This document shows, in pieces, positions 62,287 to 64,000 of a stretch of 64,000 nt of DNA; positions within the stretch are counted from its first letter, which is position 1; each line of letters opens with the position of its first letter. Below the pieces are notes generated by a model, which saw only the letters and a list, made by a program, of their open reading frames with translations, made no database searches and was not told the DNA's origin. This stretch comes from Leptospira sp. GTDB taxonomy: Bacteria > Spirochaetota > Leptospiria > Leptospirales > Leptospiraceae. Location of the stretch: positions 1 to 64,000 of the forward strand of contig JAWXAQ010000022.1 of assembly GCA_034439575.1 (NCBI GenBank), given 5' to 3'. The position numbers and the translations under genes were made by a program.

Positions 62287-62895
62287 TTATTCTTTTAAAT
62301 TTAAAGATCTAACAATGTTTAATAGTTTGATTGCTTTGTCCATAGCATTTGTTGTGGAAAGTATATCTTGTTTTTGTTCATAATCATAGTTTAACATTGA
62401 TGCAATGAAATCTACTGGATAAAAGTGATTTTTAATATGATTCATTTTTAAAATTAAAGATTCATCAGCTCCTTCAGAAAGTAATATCCTCTTTGTTAAA
62501 AGTAAAATTTCATCAATAGACAATTGGTATTGCGGATTTGATTTTTGAGATCTGTCTTGTTCTATTTTTTTTACTGTCGCAATGATAAATGGTTCAGTTG
62601 AATTGAACTCGATGATTTCTGCTGTTCCCATACCTTCGAGAATGATGTTGGATCTGCCGTCTGGGAGTTGTTCTTTTTGGATCACATGTCCCCAGCCAAA
62701 AACTTTTTCAATTTGAGGAGCTTCAAAAGGTTTCCAGTTTTTTTTGTAAGGTGAGATTGCCATTTCATTTCCGTTTTCCAAGCAGTATTCCAGCATGGAC
62801 CTGTATCGTGGTTCAAATATATGTAAGGGCAAAAAAGTCCCAGGAAATAGGAATACTTCTGGAAGAGGAAAGATTGGCAACGTGAAGGTTGACAC
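62287..62895 (-). CDS. Stand-alone LON peptidase N-terminal (substrate-binding) domain protein
   Basis: LPIFPL..VFLFPG..LPLHIFEPRY and LPDGR motifs. Confidence 0.9.
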   Translation of the reverse strand: MSTFTLPIFPLPEVFLFPGTFLPLHIFEPRYRSMLEYCLENGNEMAISPYKKNWKPFEAPQIEKVFGWGHVIQKEQLPDGRSNIILEGMGTAEIIEFNSTEPFIIATVKKIEQDRSQKSNPQYQLSIDEILLLTKRILLSEGADESLILKMNHIKNHFYPVDFIASMLNYDYEQKQDILSTTNAMDKAIKLLNIVRSLNLKE

Positions 62896-62948
62896 CTAGA
62901 AAGGAAAACGTTTTTCTGGAAACCTGTAAATCCAAAAAGGTTGAATCA

Positions 62949-63965
62949 TTGAAAATACAACTCTCAAAATTGAAGGAATCATTCGGTAAACTAAACCAAA
63001 TTAAAATCTTGGTGATAGGTGATTTGATTTTGGATGAATACCTGTTTGGTAGTGTCGATCGGATTTCACCAGAAGCCCCAGTCCCTGTCGTTTGGGTACG
63101 CAAAGAAAATCATACGCTTGGTGGCTCTGGAAATGTAATACAAAATTTGTCCGCGATCGGTGTATCTTCCATTGTAATGGGACGAGTTGGTACAGATAAT
63201 GCTTGTAATACGTTAAAATCACTCTTAAGTGAAAAAAACGTAAAATCAACCGACTTTGAACTTTTGGAATCAAAATCATATCCTACAACCTTAAAAACAA
63301 GAATCATTGCTTCCCACCAACAAATCTGTCGCGTTGATCGAGAAGAGACAAATCCACTCACTTTGGTAGAAGAAGATATGGTGATCTCAAGGCTTAAAAT
63401 TCGAATGAAAGATTGTCATGCCGTTATTATTTCTGATTATGATAAAGGTTATTTGACCGAAAGAGTTATTTCTGAATGTATCCGTTTGGCCGTGGAAAAC
63501 AAAGTGATTGTCACTGTTGATCCTCAAATCAGTCATTTTTTCTTATATGAAAAAATTGATATTATGACACCAAACCACCATGAGGCGGGAAAAGCACTCG
63601 GTCGAAAAATCAATTCAGAAAAAGAAATAGAAGATGCTTGCATTGAAATTTCTGAAAAAATCAAACCCACAGCCATGATGATCACTCGTGGGGAAAAGGG
63701 AATGAGCATCTATGAAACAAAGACGAAAGTATTTCATCATATACCAACAGTAGCTAAAGAAGTTTTTGATGTAACAGGGGCAGGTGATACGGTAATTAGT
63801 ATTTATACGGCATTTCTTGCATGTGGCCTTAGCATTTTGGAAGCAAGTCTTGTTGCCAATGCGAGTGCTGGTGTCGTTGTTGGAAAACTTGGTACTGCTA
63901 CTGTGAATTTGGATGATATCCAAGAAAGTTTAACAAAATTGGGAATATTGGAAATGAACAAATGA
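62949..63965 (+). CDS. rfaE1: D-glycero-beta-D-manno-heptose-7-phosphate kinase
   Basis: GDLILDEY, RISPEAPVPV, SDYDKG, TPNHHE and DVTGAGD motifs; TTG 62949 avoids overlap with the divergent gene. Confidence 0.93.
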   Translation: MKIQLSKLKESFGKLNQIKILVIGDLILDEYLFGSVDRISPEAPVPVVWVRKENHTLGGSGNVIQNLSAIGVSSIVMGRVGTDNACNTLKSLLSEKNVKSTDFELLESKSYPTTLKTRIIASHQQICRVDREETNPLTLVEEDMVISRLKIRMKDCHAVIISDYDKGYLTERVISECIRLAVENKVIVTVDPQISHFFLYEKIDIMTPNHHEAGKALGRKINSEKEIEDACIEISEKIKPTAMMITRGEKGMSIYETKTKVFHHIPTVAKEVFDVTGAGDTVISIYTAFLACGLSILEASLVANASAGVVVGKLGTATVNLDDIQESLTKLGILEMNK

Positions 63966-64000
63966 GTTTTTTATCTTTGTTAGCCGAAAAAATCATTCCT
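63962..64000 (+). CDS. 5' end of the next gene (partial; plausibly the heptose adenylyltransferase)
   Basis: ATGA overlap with the rfaE1 stop and an open frame to the window edge; identity inferred from context only. Confidence 0.5.
   Translation, partial: MSFLSLLAEKIIP

Overview
AT-rich chromosomal segment of a Leptospira species, probably a saprophytic-clade strain. The assignment rests on FcpB, the metY-metX-metW block, SemiSWEET and spirochaetal lipoproteins. Most of the window is core genome: met operon, rsmE, fcpB, fliN, NfeD/SPFH, argH, fliM, queF, guaA, tRNA-Cys and tRNA-Leu, LPS/heptose genes, leuCD, recN-exbB-exbD-bamA-uvrD, fadD and rfaE1. There are two accessory zones. The first (1-5450) holds secreted and Cys-rich lipoproteins, one pseudogene and an LpxR-like barrel with an insertion. 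The second (about 28690-31230) lies downstream of tRNA-Leu. The most striking signal is in the second zone: a ~212-bp tandem repeat whose internal stems show fully compensatory substitutions between copies, while the loops stay conserved and read as ANGGAN (CsrA-type) hexaloops on the minus strand. Next to it is a hairpin cassette bracketed by a degenerate duplication of the tRNA 3' end. A second candidate system is an operon of two CX4CH cytochrome-like lipoproteins, a YceI protein and a beta-barrel protein. All assignments come from reading the sequence; no searches were run.
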